From an uncultured Deinococcaceae bacterium (GTDB lineage: Bacteria > Deinococcota > Deinococci > Deinococcales > Deinococcaceae): a DNA stretch of 64,000 bases. Position numbers and translations under genes: made by a program. Within the stretch, counting starts at the first letter, position 1. Each line of letters starts with the position of its first letter. Location: assembly GCA_964252075.1 (NCBI GenBank), contig CAXULY010000014.1:1-64000 (forward strand), given 5' to 3'. The notes under the pieces were generated by a model that made no database searches, was not told the DNA's origin, and saw nothing but the letters and a program-made list of their open reading frames with translations. Shown here piece after piece: positions 10,901-19,449 of the stretch.

Positions 10901-11321
10901 GCTCCCGCCACGCCAGCACCCAGTCGCGGTACTCCGGCAGATCTGCGATGGGGACCCCGTCGAGCAGGGGCCGCGCGTCCGGCAGCGCCGCCCGCTGCAC
11001 AGCGTCCCCGTCCCCGAGCAGCGCGCTGGCGTCCACCCACACCGCGGGACTCAGGGACAGCACGGGGCCCTGGATGCACAGGGCCGCGCCGTAACGGCGC
11101 TCCATGCGCCGCAGCAGCTGAACGAGGTTGTTCCGCGCGGCGTCCCCCGCCGCGGGCCACAGCAGGTCCGCGAGGTGGGCGCGGGGCGTGGCGCCCTCCA
11201 GCGCCAGGTAGGTCAGCAGGGCCAGGGTTCGGCCCTCGCAGCGGCACCGCTGACCGGACGGGGAGGTGAGCTGCGGCTCGCCCAGAATCTGCAACGTCCA
11301 GGTGCCGGACGGAGTGGTCAC
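7986..11321 (-). CDS. BTAD/SARP-type STAND activator, long form (wHTH-BTAD-AAA ATPase-TPR array)
   Basis: LLTYLALEG, ARNNL, Walker A GEPGVGKS, Walker B LLDDVQ, TGGNPL, FSHDL, about 450 aa of helical repeats; leaderless TGtTACGCT-N5-GTG. Confidence 0.9.
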   Translation of the reverse strand: MTTPSGTWTLQILGEPQLTSPSGQRCRCEGRTLALLTYLALEGATPRAHLADLLWPAAGDAARNNLVQLLRRMERRYGAALCIQGPVLSLSPAVWVDASALLGDGDAVQRAALPDARPLLDGVPIADLPEYRDWVLAWRERLDLLASRHALTRARQLEEAGDLPGAARGLRAVLDAQPLSEEAARALMRVQYLRGDAAGARRTFNAYRDDLARELGVEPMPATLHLHRLIEQGDALTPAAPVPPPPAARVLQLARLVGRSAEWAQMEEAWAAGRCIILRGEPGVGKSRLAGEFLAARGAHLTLSGRPGDAAVPYSTVTRALQALLAAPDAPPLEAAARRALSVLLPALREDHPGPPEGLAGGREALHAAIGALFARRLQDAAGILLDDVQFMDDASADVSAALLTAQSGGRPCVLTCRRGALDEGAAALIEALLGSGRAVLMDLQPLGVGAVEALVEELDAAHLPSADPAFGERLLRFTGGNPLLVLETVRHLLDHPAEDLGASALPRVRRAEHLLAQRLNRLSRTSLQAARAASVLERDFGVDLVAEMLGLPLLDAAGAWEELQEAQVVVNDRFSHDLLAETVLHAIPPSVRRLLHRSAARTLAAHDAAPARVAGQWLGGGREPEAAEWLMKAADAARFTYRPREAEAFYAQAGQLFERLERPHEAFEALMGQAQMIGALEDDRPRQREVVAALVSRAETPHQRAQASLMHGHLLFILNDDVAMERVVREGLAFVQGTGDLRLEAELYEAMAGAMLTARRPQEAQAALTRLLELSEELGHVSWQAIAYDGLGQVAAYRSPTEALRLFQHAEALCLSIQDLPGAASGANKQARTEHKLGRFQAGLVSAKRGAAHLSTLDGYRIRRLINTWTAVQCWHALGEYEAALIAIDAAQQAHRETESDWLDVLELHRARLLLDLGQLEAARAAAERVMASDRYSSSLDVDRHSMWAAVLAAHGHMPEALAALAAAEALLQVHEDVYWWPRVQLERAALLPAAQALPLLQEARAQARHHHLRGLEVAAQVRLARAQLTLNLPPELPELQAPESVVSPGELLLTRALVWRRAADPRAAAAFEDARTWLHRAAARLPAPWREEFMATPLATAIEHGALVT

Positions 11322-11759
11322 ACCTCAGCGTAACAAACCGCGCCCCAAGGCCTGCGCGTGACCCTCGGCGCGTGTGGGCCGGGAGCGCGAGAACCTGCGC
11401 GACTCAGACCGGGCCGCCATCCCCGCAGACCGGCCCATCCCTTCCACGGTGGTGGCTCCGGAAGCGTGGAACGGAAGTGCCCGGCGTTCGCCGGTGCTGA
11501 TCGGTGGGCAGCAACACCCGAAGGCTCACGGCTGCGAAGAGGCACGAGGGGTTCATCTAGCACGGAGGGCCAGAGATCCAGTGCGAACTCGCACGGAGGG
11601 AAGGGACGCGCATCTTCCCCTTCGCACGGCTGGACGTCCGCACGTCCAAACGGCGGTATCCAAGGCAGAACAAACACCTCAGGACGCCGACCTGATACCA
11701 CGGATCTGCGTCCTGAGGGGAAAGCGCCCGCAAGGATCAGCGGCGCGCACTGGTGCCGG

Positions 11760-13892
11760 TCAGTGCCCGAGGTCGAAGGCGGTGTCGCCCGTGACGAAAC
11801 TCCAGCGCACGCTGATGGCCTTCGCGCTCTCCCCGACCTTCACCTGCCCGATGGGCAGCGCGTCACCCAGCGGCAGGCTGACGGAGGACTTCACGTCGCC
11901 CACCATCCCGAAATCCTGCACGCCGTCGCGCGTGACGGACACGTAGGTGCCGACCGACGCCTTCACGCCCAGGCCCAGCACCTCCTTCAGGCCCCCGCCG
12001 CCCTGCACGCCGACGATCAGCGTGGTCTTCCATTTCTCCCCGGCGGTGTCCAGATCCACTTTCGTGAAGGCGGACAGCAGGCCGGACGGCGCGATCTTCA
12101 GGGAGGCCTTGTCGCAGCTGAAACTGGCGTCCACCTGCCCGAGGGCGAGGGAGGTCGTGAATTTCCCGACCAGTTGCTGACACAGGTTCGGCGCGGGCAG
12201 CTGAAGGGGCGCCGAGACGGGCGAGGTGTCCGCGTCGGGCGCACGCCCCTCCAGGCAGCCGTCCTCGAAACTCTTGATGTCCGACGCCCAGAGCATCGCG
12301 TGGTGCGCCAGCGGGCTGGACGCCGCCGTCACCCACCCCTGCGTGTGCAGCACGGCCTGCTTGCGCCAGAGCGGATCGCTGTAATTCGCGGCGAGGGCCG
12401 TCTCGTACCGGTACTTCGCCTTGAGGGTCGCCGCCAGGTCGTGGGCGTACGCGTGCATCGCGTTGCGCCAGCGCTCGTGGTCGGCCTTCAGCTGCGGCAC
12501 GCACAGCGAGCGGAACACCGCCTGATCCCCGTGCGCCTGCTCGATGATCACCGCGATCTTGCAGGCCCCCTCGCAATGCCAGAAGTCGGTCCAGATGTCC
12601 GCCACCTCGTGCTCCAGCTGGTCGCTCCGGGCGTCCAGGGCGCTCAGGTCCGGCTCGTCACCGGACGCGATGATGGCCTGCCACAGGGCCCGGCGGCGGT
12701 GCTCCGTGGCGGGGTTGTCCCCGACCCGCGCGCGCAGCTGCGCCGCGACGGCGTCCTCCTGGCGCGCGAGGGCGATGCCACGCTCGGTGAGTTCATCATT
12801 GAGTTGCCGGTACTGGTCGAGCAGGGCCGCCATCCCTTCGGGCGTCTGCGCGATGCGGAGGTCCGGCAGCATGAAGGACTGGCCGCGCGACATGTCGAAG
12901 GTCCTGCGGGCGTCCACGCGCCCGGCCTCCTCCCGCCCGGTCGCCTGCGGTGGGGCGCCTGGCGTGCGGGGCGGCGCCTCCGGGCCGGTCGGGCGCGCGG
13001 CGCTGCTGGCGGGGGCGCGTCGGGCGCCCACCCGCATGAAGTGCACGGCGTCCTCCGTCCGGCCCTGGCAGAGCAGCGCGCGCGCCAGGTTCTGGTTCGC
13101 CTCGGGCAGCGTGGGGGCCACCGTCAGGGCCTTCCGGAGCACCTCCACGGACGCCTGAAGCGACCCCAGCTTCAGCAGGGCGCGGCCCCTGCTGTTCAGC
13201 GCGGCGGCCTGCATGGGCACGCCCACCGCCCCGCCCGGCTTGATGCCCAGGCGCTGCGCCTCACCGAGGACCGCGAGCGCCTCGGCGGGAAGCCCGACGG
13301 TCACCAGCACGCCCCCCAGGTTCACCAGGGTGTCCGCGTTTTTGGGGTCCAGGGCGTGCGCGGTGAGCAGCCCCGCCAGCGCCGCCTCCGGGCGGCCCGC
13401 GAGGCTCGCCTGCAGCGCGAAGGCGCTCGCGCGGCCCGCCGAACGGCCCTCAGGGCTGGCGCGCAGCGCCCTGACGCCCGCCGCTTCGTGCGTGTCCAAC
13501 CACGCCTGCGCACGCCGGATCGCCTGCGCGAAGGTGAGGGCGGGGGCCCTGGGTGGCGCGCTCACCGGCACGGCTGACGCGGACGCGCGCATCTGCCGCA
13601 GGGCCTGCATGAGCGCCGGGAGGGCCGGATCGTTCTTCGGGAGGGCGTCGAGCGTCTTCTCCAGGTCCCGCAGGACGGGCGCCATGGCGGCCCGCCCGTC
13701 CGACCCGGACGCCGATGGGCACAGCCACAGCCGCGCGCGGTTCAGGTCCTCGCGCTGCGCCTGCGCGGAAGGCAGCGGAAGGGCGTCGCCCCAGAACTGG
13801 GCGTAGAGATCGGCGGCCCGCGCGGTGGGCAACGTGAGCGCCGCTAGCGCGAGCAGGCACGGAAGGCGCCGGGCGGGAAACAAGGGGGGCAT
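11760..13892 (-). CDS. Exported TPR-containing protein with a Cys-containing helical middle and beta-rich C-terminus
   Basis: RBS GGAG; signal peptide ending LPTARA; TPR motifs DPKNADTLVNLG and ALNSRGRALLKLG...APTLPEANQNLA; probably cotranscribed with 14013-14810. Confidence 0.75.
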   Translation of the reverse strand: MPPLFPARRLPCLLALAALTLPTARAADLYAQFWGDALPLPSAQAQREDLNRARLWLCPSASGSDGRAAMAPVLRDLEKTLDALPKNDPALPALMQALRQMRASASAVPVSAPPRAPALTFAQAIRRAQAWLDTHEAAGVRALRASPEGRSAGRASAFALQASLAGRPEAALAGLLTAHALDPKNADTLVNLGGVLVTVGLPAEALAVLGEAQRLGIKPGGAVGVPMQAAALNSRGRALLKLGSLQASVEVLRKALTVAPTLPEANQNLARALLCQGRTEDAVHFMRVGARRAPASSAARPTGPEAPPRTPGAPPQATGREEAGRVDARRTFDMSRGQSFMLPDLRIAQTPEGMAALLDQYRQLNDELTERGIALARQEDAVAAQLRARVGDNPATEHRRRALWQAIIASGDEPDLSALDARSDQLEHEVADIWTDFWHCEGACKIAVIIEQAHGDQAVFRSLCVPQLKADHERWRNAMHAYAHDLAATLKAKYRYETALAANYSDPLWRKQAVLHTQGWVTAASSPLAHHAMLWASDIKSFEDGCLEGRAPDADTSPVSAPLQLPAPNLCQQLVGKFTTSLALGQVDASFSCDKASLKIAPSGLLSAFTKVDLDTAGEKWKTTLIVGVQGGGGLKEVLGLGVKASVGTYVSVTRDGVQDFGMVGDVKSSVSLPLGDALPIGQVKVGESAKAISVRWSFVTGDTAFDLGH

Positions 13893-14012
13893 GGGACACT
13901 CCATTCCGCGGCGTGCGGGGCGCAGCGCGGCGCTGGGTGAGCGCCACCACGTTGCCCATTGAGCCGCAGGAGAGACGCCGCCACCCCCACGGCCGTGGTG
14001 TTCAGCCGCGAC

Positions 14013-14810
14013 TCAAGGCGTCGGGGTTCCGTCACGTGGGCGGAGTTGTAGGTGCATGACGGGGTTGGGTGCCCACATGTCCTGCGTGAAGCCGCCCGTG
14101 AAGCTGCTGGTCCACTCGCGCAGCTCGCCCCCGTCGAACTTCTGCCGGATGTCCAACGGCACCCCGTTCTCGGTGGCGGTCACGGTGTACGTCCCGTACA
14201 TCACGTTGATGACATCCCAGTCCCACAGGTGCATCGGCTTCACCTTGAAGCGCACCCCGCTGCTGCCGTCCGCCAGCGTGCCCACGGACGTCACGGTCAG
14301 CTCGACGTTGGCCAGGTCGACGGCGTACCCCACCCCGTGCTCCACCTGAATCATGCCGAGGTTGCCGTACGGTGACGTCGTGTCGGGCTTCAGGGCGAAG
14401 TTCACCACGCCACCGGCGTTCCCCGGCACCACCGGGTCACCGTCCGGCACGAGCGTTACGGTCGGGTTGTACGGCGGGTAATTCAGCGTGATCTTGGCGC
14501 TGACCTTGAAGGTGGTGGGCATACCGATCACGCTGAGGCGGTAGCGCCCGTCGGCGTCGGTGTGCGTGATGAAGTTGCTGTTGTACCCGAGCGTGTTGTC
14601 TGCCACCACTTCAGCGTTCGGCACGGGCTGCCCGCGTTCGTTGAGCACGCGGCCCGTGATGGCGCCCTGCGTGGGCGAGTCGCCGGGAGGCGGGGTGGGA
14701 ACAGTCGCATCCGGGGGCGGGGTGGGTGTGGCGGTCGTTGCGGTGGTGCAGGCACCCAGTGCCAGGGTCAGCACCAGCAGCGTGGCGGTCAGGGGCAGCT
14801 TGCGGTTCGT
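14013..14810 (-). CDS. Lipoprotein with carboxypeptidase-regulatory-like domain; apparent start codon is ACG (mutated ATG or non-canonical start)
   Basis: AGGAGG-acac-ACG AAC CGC AAG; lipobox LALGAC; VVADNTLGYNSN, GGVVNF and PYGNLG shared with 5924-7063. Confidence 0.7.
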   Translation of the reverse strand, partial: TNRKLPLTATLLVLTLALGACTTATTATPTPPPDATVPTPPPGDSPTQGAITGRVLNERGQPVPNAEVVADNTLGYNSNFITHTDADGRYRLSVIGMPTTFKVSAKITLNYPPYNPTVTLVPDGDPVVPGNAGGVVNFALKPDTTSPYGNLGMIQVEHGVGYAVDLANVELTVTSVGTLADGSSGVRFKVKPMHLWDWDVINVMYGTYTVTATENGVPLDIRQKFDGGELREWTSSFTGGFTQDMWAPNPVMHLQLRPRDGTPTP

Positions 14811-14856
14811 GTGTCCTCCTTCACGGACGGGCGTTCCCGTCCGTGGGTGTGGACGT

Positions 14857-14891
14857 ACCGTAGGTGGTGACGCATGGCGTTTGGGTGACGG
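14857..14891 (-). promoter_or_regulatory. Cargo promoter copy 3
   Basis: Minus strand ccGTCAcccaaacGCCAtgcgtcaccaccTACGGT. Confidence 0.7.
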
Positions 14892-15090
14892 TATTGGGAG
14901 CGGCACCTGGGCGGACGGCACGCGTCACGATGCATGACACCGCAGCGTGCTGGTGCGGCCCCAGCGGACCGGCATCCGGGCGAACGTTCCGCCTCAGCGC
15001 CCAGTGGTGCCCGCCATACAACACGGCGGTGACACCCCCGGCCCTTCAGTCCGTGTCCCTCACCCACCCCCCGGCGTTCCGGCTGCGCGT

Positions 15091-15107
15091 CCGTCATCCT
15101 GGCGCCA
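15091..15107 (+). promoter_or_regulatory. Orphan cargo operator (no -10, no downstream gene)
   Basis: ccGTCAtcctggcGCCA, 15/17 identical to copy 2. Confidence 0.5.
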
Positions 15108-15713
15108 TCCGATGGTTTGGAGTTCAAACCCAGACGAGCGCCGGGGCACCTGCGGAACCAGCCGCACACTCCGGCCCGCGCACCTTCGCCTTATGCCGCC
15201 GTGGCCAGCCACCTCCGGTCCACCCGAGCCCAGGGACCTGTGGGGAACGAGCCCGCACAGGCGGGCTTCCTGCCGCGTGCGGAACCATCGGTTCCTACCG
15301 TCGGACCCTGGATCTGCTGTGTGCAGCATTGACCGAACGCCCGGCAGAACGTTGGGGCCGGACATTGACCAGGCCGTGCAGGTTCACTTCCGCACGCGCG
15401 GCGCCGACTTGCCGCGGGGCGAGGTGGTGTGCGTGACCCGCGGCTCCAAGGTGGGCGGCCTAAAGGCGCCTGCACGTGCCTGGCATGGTGAAGGTGTCGG
15501 GGCGCTTGGCGAACCGCAGAGTGCGCCTACACCACTTCACGGTTTCGCAGACGGAGCGGCGCACCGTAGACCTGACGGAATCGCGCTGCCGCTGGAACAC
15601 CCTTGCATCTTAAGGGTGAGCGAGCGGGTATCCTCAGCGGCGGACCGCCCGGGCCTCCAGGCCCGCCCCGCTCAGCCCTGACCTGCGGCTTCGCCTCTGA
15701 CCCAGGAGTCCCC

Positions 15714-16868
15714 ATGCCGATTCAACCGTTCCGCATTGACATCCCGCAGGCGGTGCTCGATGACCTGCACGCCCGGCTGGGCCGCACGCGCTGGCCCGCT
15801 GAATTCCCCGGTGCCGGCTGGTCGCTCGGCAGCGACCAGCACTACCTGCGGGAGCTCCTGACCTACTGGCAGGAGACCTACGACTGGCGGGCGCAGGAAG
15901 CCCGCATGAACCAGTTCCATCACCACCGCGCAGAGGTCATGGGGCTGAACATCCATTTCATCCATGAGCGCGGCCACGGCCCCCAGCCGCTTCCCCTGCT
16001 GCTCACGCACGGCTGGCCGGATTCCTTTCACCGGATGCACAAACTCATCCCGCTGCTGACGGACCCCGCCCAGTTCGGCGCGGACCCAGCGGACGCCTTT
16101 GAGGTGGTGGTGCCCTCGCTGCCCGGTTTCGGCTTTTCCGACGCCCCAGGCACCCGCACCTTCGCCGTTCAGGACGTGGCAGACACCTTCGATCACCTGA
16201 TGCGCGGTGAGCTGCATTTCGCGCGGTACGGCGCGCACGGCGGGGACCTCGGGCGGGGCGTCACCGAAACCCTCGCCCGCCGGCATCCCTCAGCGCTGGT
16301 CGGCATTCACCTCACGGACGTGTGGTTCACGCCGCTGCAACAGGCGCGGCCGGAGGACCTCTCAGCGGATGAACGGGCGTACCTCGCGGCGGGGCAGCGG
16401 TGGCAGCAACCCGAGGGGGGGTACGCGCATGAGCAGGGCACGAAGCCGCAAACCCTGGCGTTCGGGCTCAACGACTCACCGGTCGGGCTGGCGGCGTGGC
16501 TGGTCGAGAAGTTCCGGTCGTGGAGCGACTGCGGAGGGGACGTGGAGCGGCGCTTTTCCAAGGACGAACTGCTGACGCACATCACGCTGTACTGGGTCAC
16601 GCAGACCATCGGGTCGTCGTTCCTGCCGTACGCCGAGTGGCAGCAGCGGGCCGAGGAGCACGCCGGGGCACGCATTGAGGTGCCGACGGGCATTGCCCTC
16701 TTCCCGGCGGATCTGGTGCGGCCGCCACGGTCGTACGCGGAGCGCCTGTATGACGTTCGCCACTGGACGGAGATGCCGGCGGGCGGGCATTTCGGGGCGC
16801 TGGAGGAGCCGGAGCGACTGGCGGAGGACCTGCGCGCCTTCTTCCGGCTTCTGCGCGCCCACGGCTGA
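15714..16868 (+). CDS. Epoxide hydrolase (microsomal/EHN type alpha/beta hydrolase)
   Basis: PFRIDIP, YDWRAQE, LLLTHGWP, PSLPGFGFS, GGDLG, DSPVGLAAW and GGHF motifs; RBS AGGAG. Confidence 0.92.
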   Translation: MPIQPFRIDIPQAVLDDLHARLGRTRWPAEFPGAGWSLGSDQHYLRELLTYWQETYDWRAQEARMNQFHHHRAEVMGLNIHFIHERGHGPQPLPLLLTHGWPDSFHRMHKLIPLLTDPAQFGADPADAFEVVVPSLPGFGFSDAPGTRTFAVQDVADTFDHLMRGELHFARYGAHGGDLGRGVTETLARRHPSALVGIHLTDVWFTPLQQARPEDLSADERAYLAAGQRWQQPEGGYAHEQGTKPQTLAFGLNDSPVGLAAWLVEKFRSWSDCGGDVERRFSKDELLTHITLYWVTQTIGSSFLPYAEWQQRAEEHAGARIEVPTGIALFPADLVRPPRSYAERLYDVRHWTEMPAGGHFGALEEPERLAEDLRAFFRLLRAHG

Positions 16869-17629
16869 GGGGTCCGGCGGGAACACGCCCGCGGTCGTTG
16901 CGGGACGCTGCTCACGCCTTTCACTTGGGTCGCGCACCTGATGAGGCGAAGGGGCTAACCTACGCTGATTGGGATAAAAACGTCCGTGCTGGCCCAGGCA
17001 GCAGGGCGGGAGGATAAGCCCCCCGAAGCCAGTGAGAACGACCTGCCGCACGTTCGATGGAGCGGTGAGGTGCGTTCAGGGCGCCGCGCAAGGTTGAAGC
17101 GGGGAATGTGCCGATGAAGCGACGGGAAGGGAGCGGTCCACGCGCGTTCGAGGTTGCAAAGGCCATCGGGGCGCAGGCACTGGTCGATCCTCCACCGAAG
17201 CCACTTCTTCGCCCTCCACAACCTATTCAGTCCGCGACACTCATAAATGGGGCGGCCTCCACAGGATGGGAAATCAAGAGTCAGAAGGGCAGTCATGGCG
17301 CTGGGACGCCACTGTGACCACGGGCGCGTGGGTTCATCCGTGGGGATATGGCGCTCCTGACATTGGCAACGGGTGCCAGCACAGCTGAAGAAGGCAAAGT
17401 CGCGTTCTGGCGGTACCCTAATGTGCAACAGGCACACCAGCGTGAGCTCGCGCGTTGGCATGTCGGTGAGCAGCGCACATCATGGTTTTGGATGAAGTGC
17501 GGGACGCGCTCGAATCGCCCTCGCCCCATTACTCCGCGCGTGGCTGACGGGCTACTCGGGGCGCGCAGGGCCAGACGGACAACACTCCAGAGACCACCCG
17601 TTGCCGGGGCAATCAGGAAAGGGAGCTGG

Positions 17630-18178
17630 ATGAAGCAACTGCTGTTCTTTCAGGGCGGTGGGGCGGGCGTGCACGACCACTGGGACCATCACCTCGTCGC
17701 AAGCCTCGCGCGCGCGCTCGGTGCTGGTCACGACATCCGCTATCCCCGCATGCCCAACGAGGCCGACCCGGACCTGCGCACCTGGACGGCGGCCCTCCAC
17801 GCCGAACTCGCCGTGCTGGACGGGCACGCCATCCTTGTGGGGCACTCCATCGGGGCGACCATCCTCGTGAATGTCCTGGCTGACGGCGCGGCGCCGCGGT
17901 CCTTCGCGGGGCTCTTCCTGCTGTCCGCGCCCTTCATCGGTGAGGGCGGGTGGTCCAGCGAATCCATCCCGCCCATGGAGCGCATAGGGACGCGCCTTCC
18001 CGCCCATCTGCCCGTGTTCCTCTATCACGGCGGTGACGACGACACGGCCCCGCCCGAGCACCTGCAGCTGTACGCGAAGGCGATTCCGCAGGGGGTGGCC
18101 TGCCTGCTCGCCGGGCGGGATCACCAGTTGGGGAACGACCTCGCGCCGGTCGCAGCGGACATTCTGGCCCTGGGGTGA
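17630..18178 (+). CDS. Alpha/beta hydrolase (RBBP9/YdeN-like)
   Basis: YPRMPN, GHSIG nucleophile elbow, HGGDDD, RDHQL; RBS GGGAG. Confidence 0.8.
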   Translation: MKQLLFFQGGGAGVHDHWDHHLVASLARALGAGHDIRYPRMPNEADPDLRTWTAALHAELAVLDGHAILVGHSIGATILVNVLADGAAPRSFAGLFLLSAPFIGEGGWSSESIPPMERIGTRLPAHLPVFLYHGGDDDTAPPEHLQLYAKAIPQGVACLLAGRDHQLGNDLAPVAADILALG

Positions 18179-18390
18179 CGCGGCAGGTGGCGCATGGTGA
18201 GGGCGCGGGGGCGTCACCCGTCCGCATCGTCATGGTCGCTGGAGCAACGCCAGGCTCCTTCATCGCGCAGCGCAGGCCGTGCGCGTTGTTGGGGTGGGAC
18301 GCGCGATGGGGCTTCACGCGCGTCCTCCCGTTCAGGCCACCCGGGCGCCTCATGAGGTCAGGGCGCTCGGTGACGGGCGCCCGCCCGTGC

Positions 18391-18410
18391 GAATCGCTCA
18401 GGTGTGTCTT
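18391..18410 (+). repeat. Isolated perfect copy of the replicon iteron
   Basis: GAATCGCTCAGGTGTGTCTT, identical to the origin copy at 62392-62411. Confidence 0.8.
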
Positions 18411-18451
18411 CCGGCGCGCGGCCATACCGCACGCCGGGCACCGCGCATCCG

Positions 18452-19282
18452 TCACGCCCGGACGGCGTGGACGATCAGCAGTTCGGAGTCCAGCCGGGTC
18501 GTGCCGTCCGCCGCCTGATTGTGCTGCGCCCAGTGCGCCTCCAGCTCGGCGCGCAGGGCCTCCTGCCCAGCTTCGTCCAGGCCCGCGAAGGCGCGGTTGG
18601 TGGGGCCGTACGCGCTCTGGTAGAAGGCCACCACGTCCGCCGGCCCGAACGGGTACGCGAAGGGGTACGCGAAGCGCTTGACGTGCACGTCCCGCACGCC
18701 GGACCCCAGGCGCTCGCGCACCGTGGCCTCGTCACCCCACAGCATGGGCGAGGGCATCAGCGGGGAGGCCGGCACGTGCCGACCCGTCACGCGGAACATG
18801 CCCCCGATGAAGCTCTGCGGCGTCCAGCTGCCCAGCACGATGCGGCCCCCTGGGCGCGTCACGCGCAGCAGTTCCGCCGCGACCAGCTCCGGCCTGGGCG
18901 CGAACATCACGCCCACCAAGCTGCTCACCACGTCGAAGCTGGCGTCCGGGTATGGCAGGGCTTCCGCGTCCCCCTCATCGAAGCGGACGGCGAGGTTCGC
19001 CTCCTGCGCCCGCTGCCGCGCCTGCCCGATCAGGTTCGAGGCGAGATCCAGGCCGGTGACGTCGGCGCCCGCGGCGGCGGCCGGAAGCGCGAGCTGACCC
19101 GCCCCGCACGCCACATCGAGGTAGCGCTCGCCGGGGCGCAGCGCGAGCTCCTGCAGGAAGGTCTGCGCGCCGGGCTCCAGGTACCGGGCGAAGACCCCGT
19201 AATCCCCGCTTTCCCAGGTGGCTTTCAGCTTGGTCTTGAGGCCCTGCATCTCCGGACTTAGTGGGACGGTTACTGACGTCAT
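18452..19282 (-). CDS. Class I SAM-dependent methyltransferase
   Basis: [24 protein letters not shown] and RPGG motifs; RBS GAGGAGG. Confidence 0.9.
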   Translation of the reverse strand: MTSVTVPLSPEMQGLKTKLKATWESGDYGVFARYLEPGAQTFLQELALRPGERYLDVACGAGQLALPAAAAGADVTGLDLASNLIGQARQRAQEANLAVRFDEGDAEALPYPDASFDVVSSLVGVMFAPRPELVAAELLRVTRPGGRIVLGSWTPQSFIGGMFRVTGRHVPASPLMPSPMLWGDEATVRERLGSGVRDVHVKRFAYPFAYPFGPADVVAFYQSAYGPTNRAFAGLDEAGQEALRAELEAHWAQHNQAADGTTRLDSELLIVHAVRA

Positions 19283-19342
19283 ACTGTTCCTCCTCGTGGT
19301 CCAGGCGTCGGTGGAGCGTTCCACCGCGGCCGACCTGACCGC

Positions 19343-19406
19343 ACCTTAGGCGGCGTGGCGCGGGCGGCGGTACGGGGTTCTACGGGGGTCGCGTGGGCGG
19401 CTACGG
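19343..19406 (-). promoter_or_regulatory. Methyltransferase promoter with three CCGTA direct repeats and -10 TAAGGT
   Basis: TACGG on the plus strand at 19371, 19381 and 19402; ACCTTA at 19343-19348. Confidence 0.5.
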
Positions 19407-19449
19407 TCGTGCCCGCTCGGTGCGCCCGCGGGACGTAAGCTGAGGCATC

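Noticed and set aside
11413..11450. Additional cargo promoter divergent from the 11321 regulator (ccGCCAtccc...CACGGT)
   Set aside because: The second half-site is missing, spacing is 2 nt too long and no credible ORF follows; at best a degraded copy
15110..17620. ORFs in the spacers around the epoxide hydrolase (14947-15681, 16955-17461 and the 5' part of 17348)
   Set aside because: No RBS, codon bias or recognisable motif; probably gene remnants
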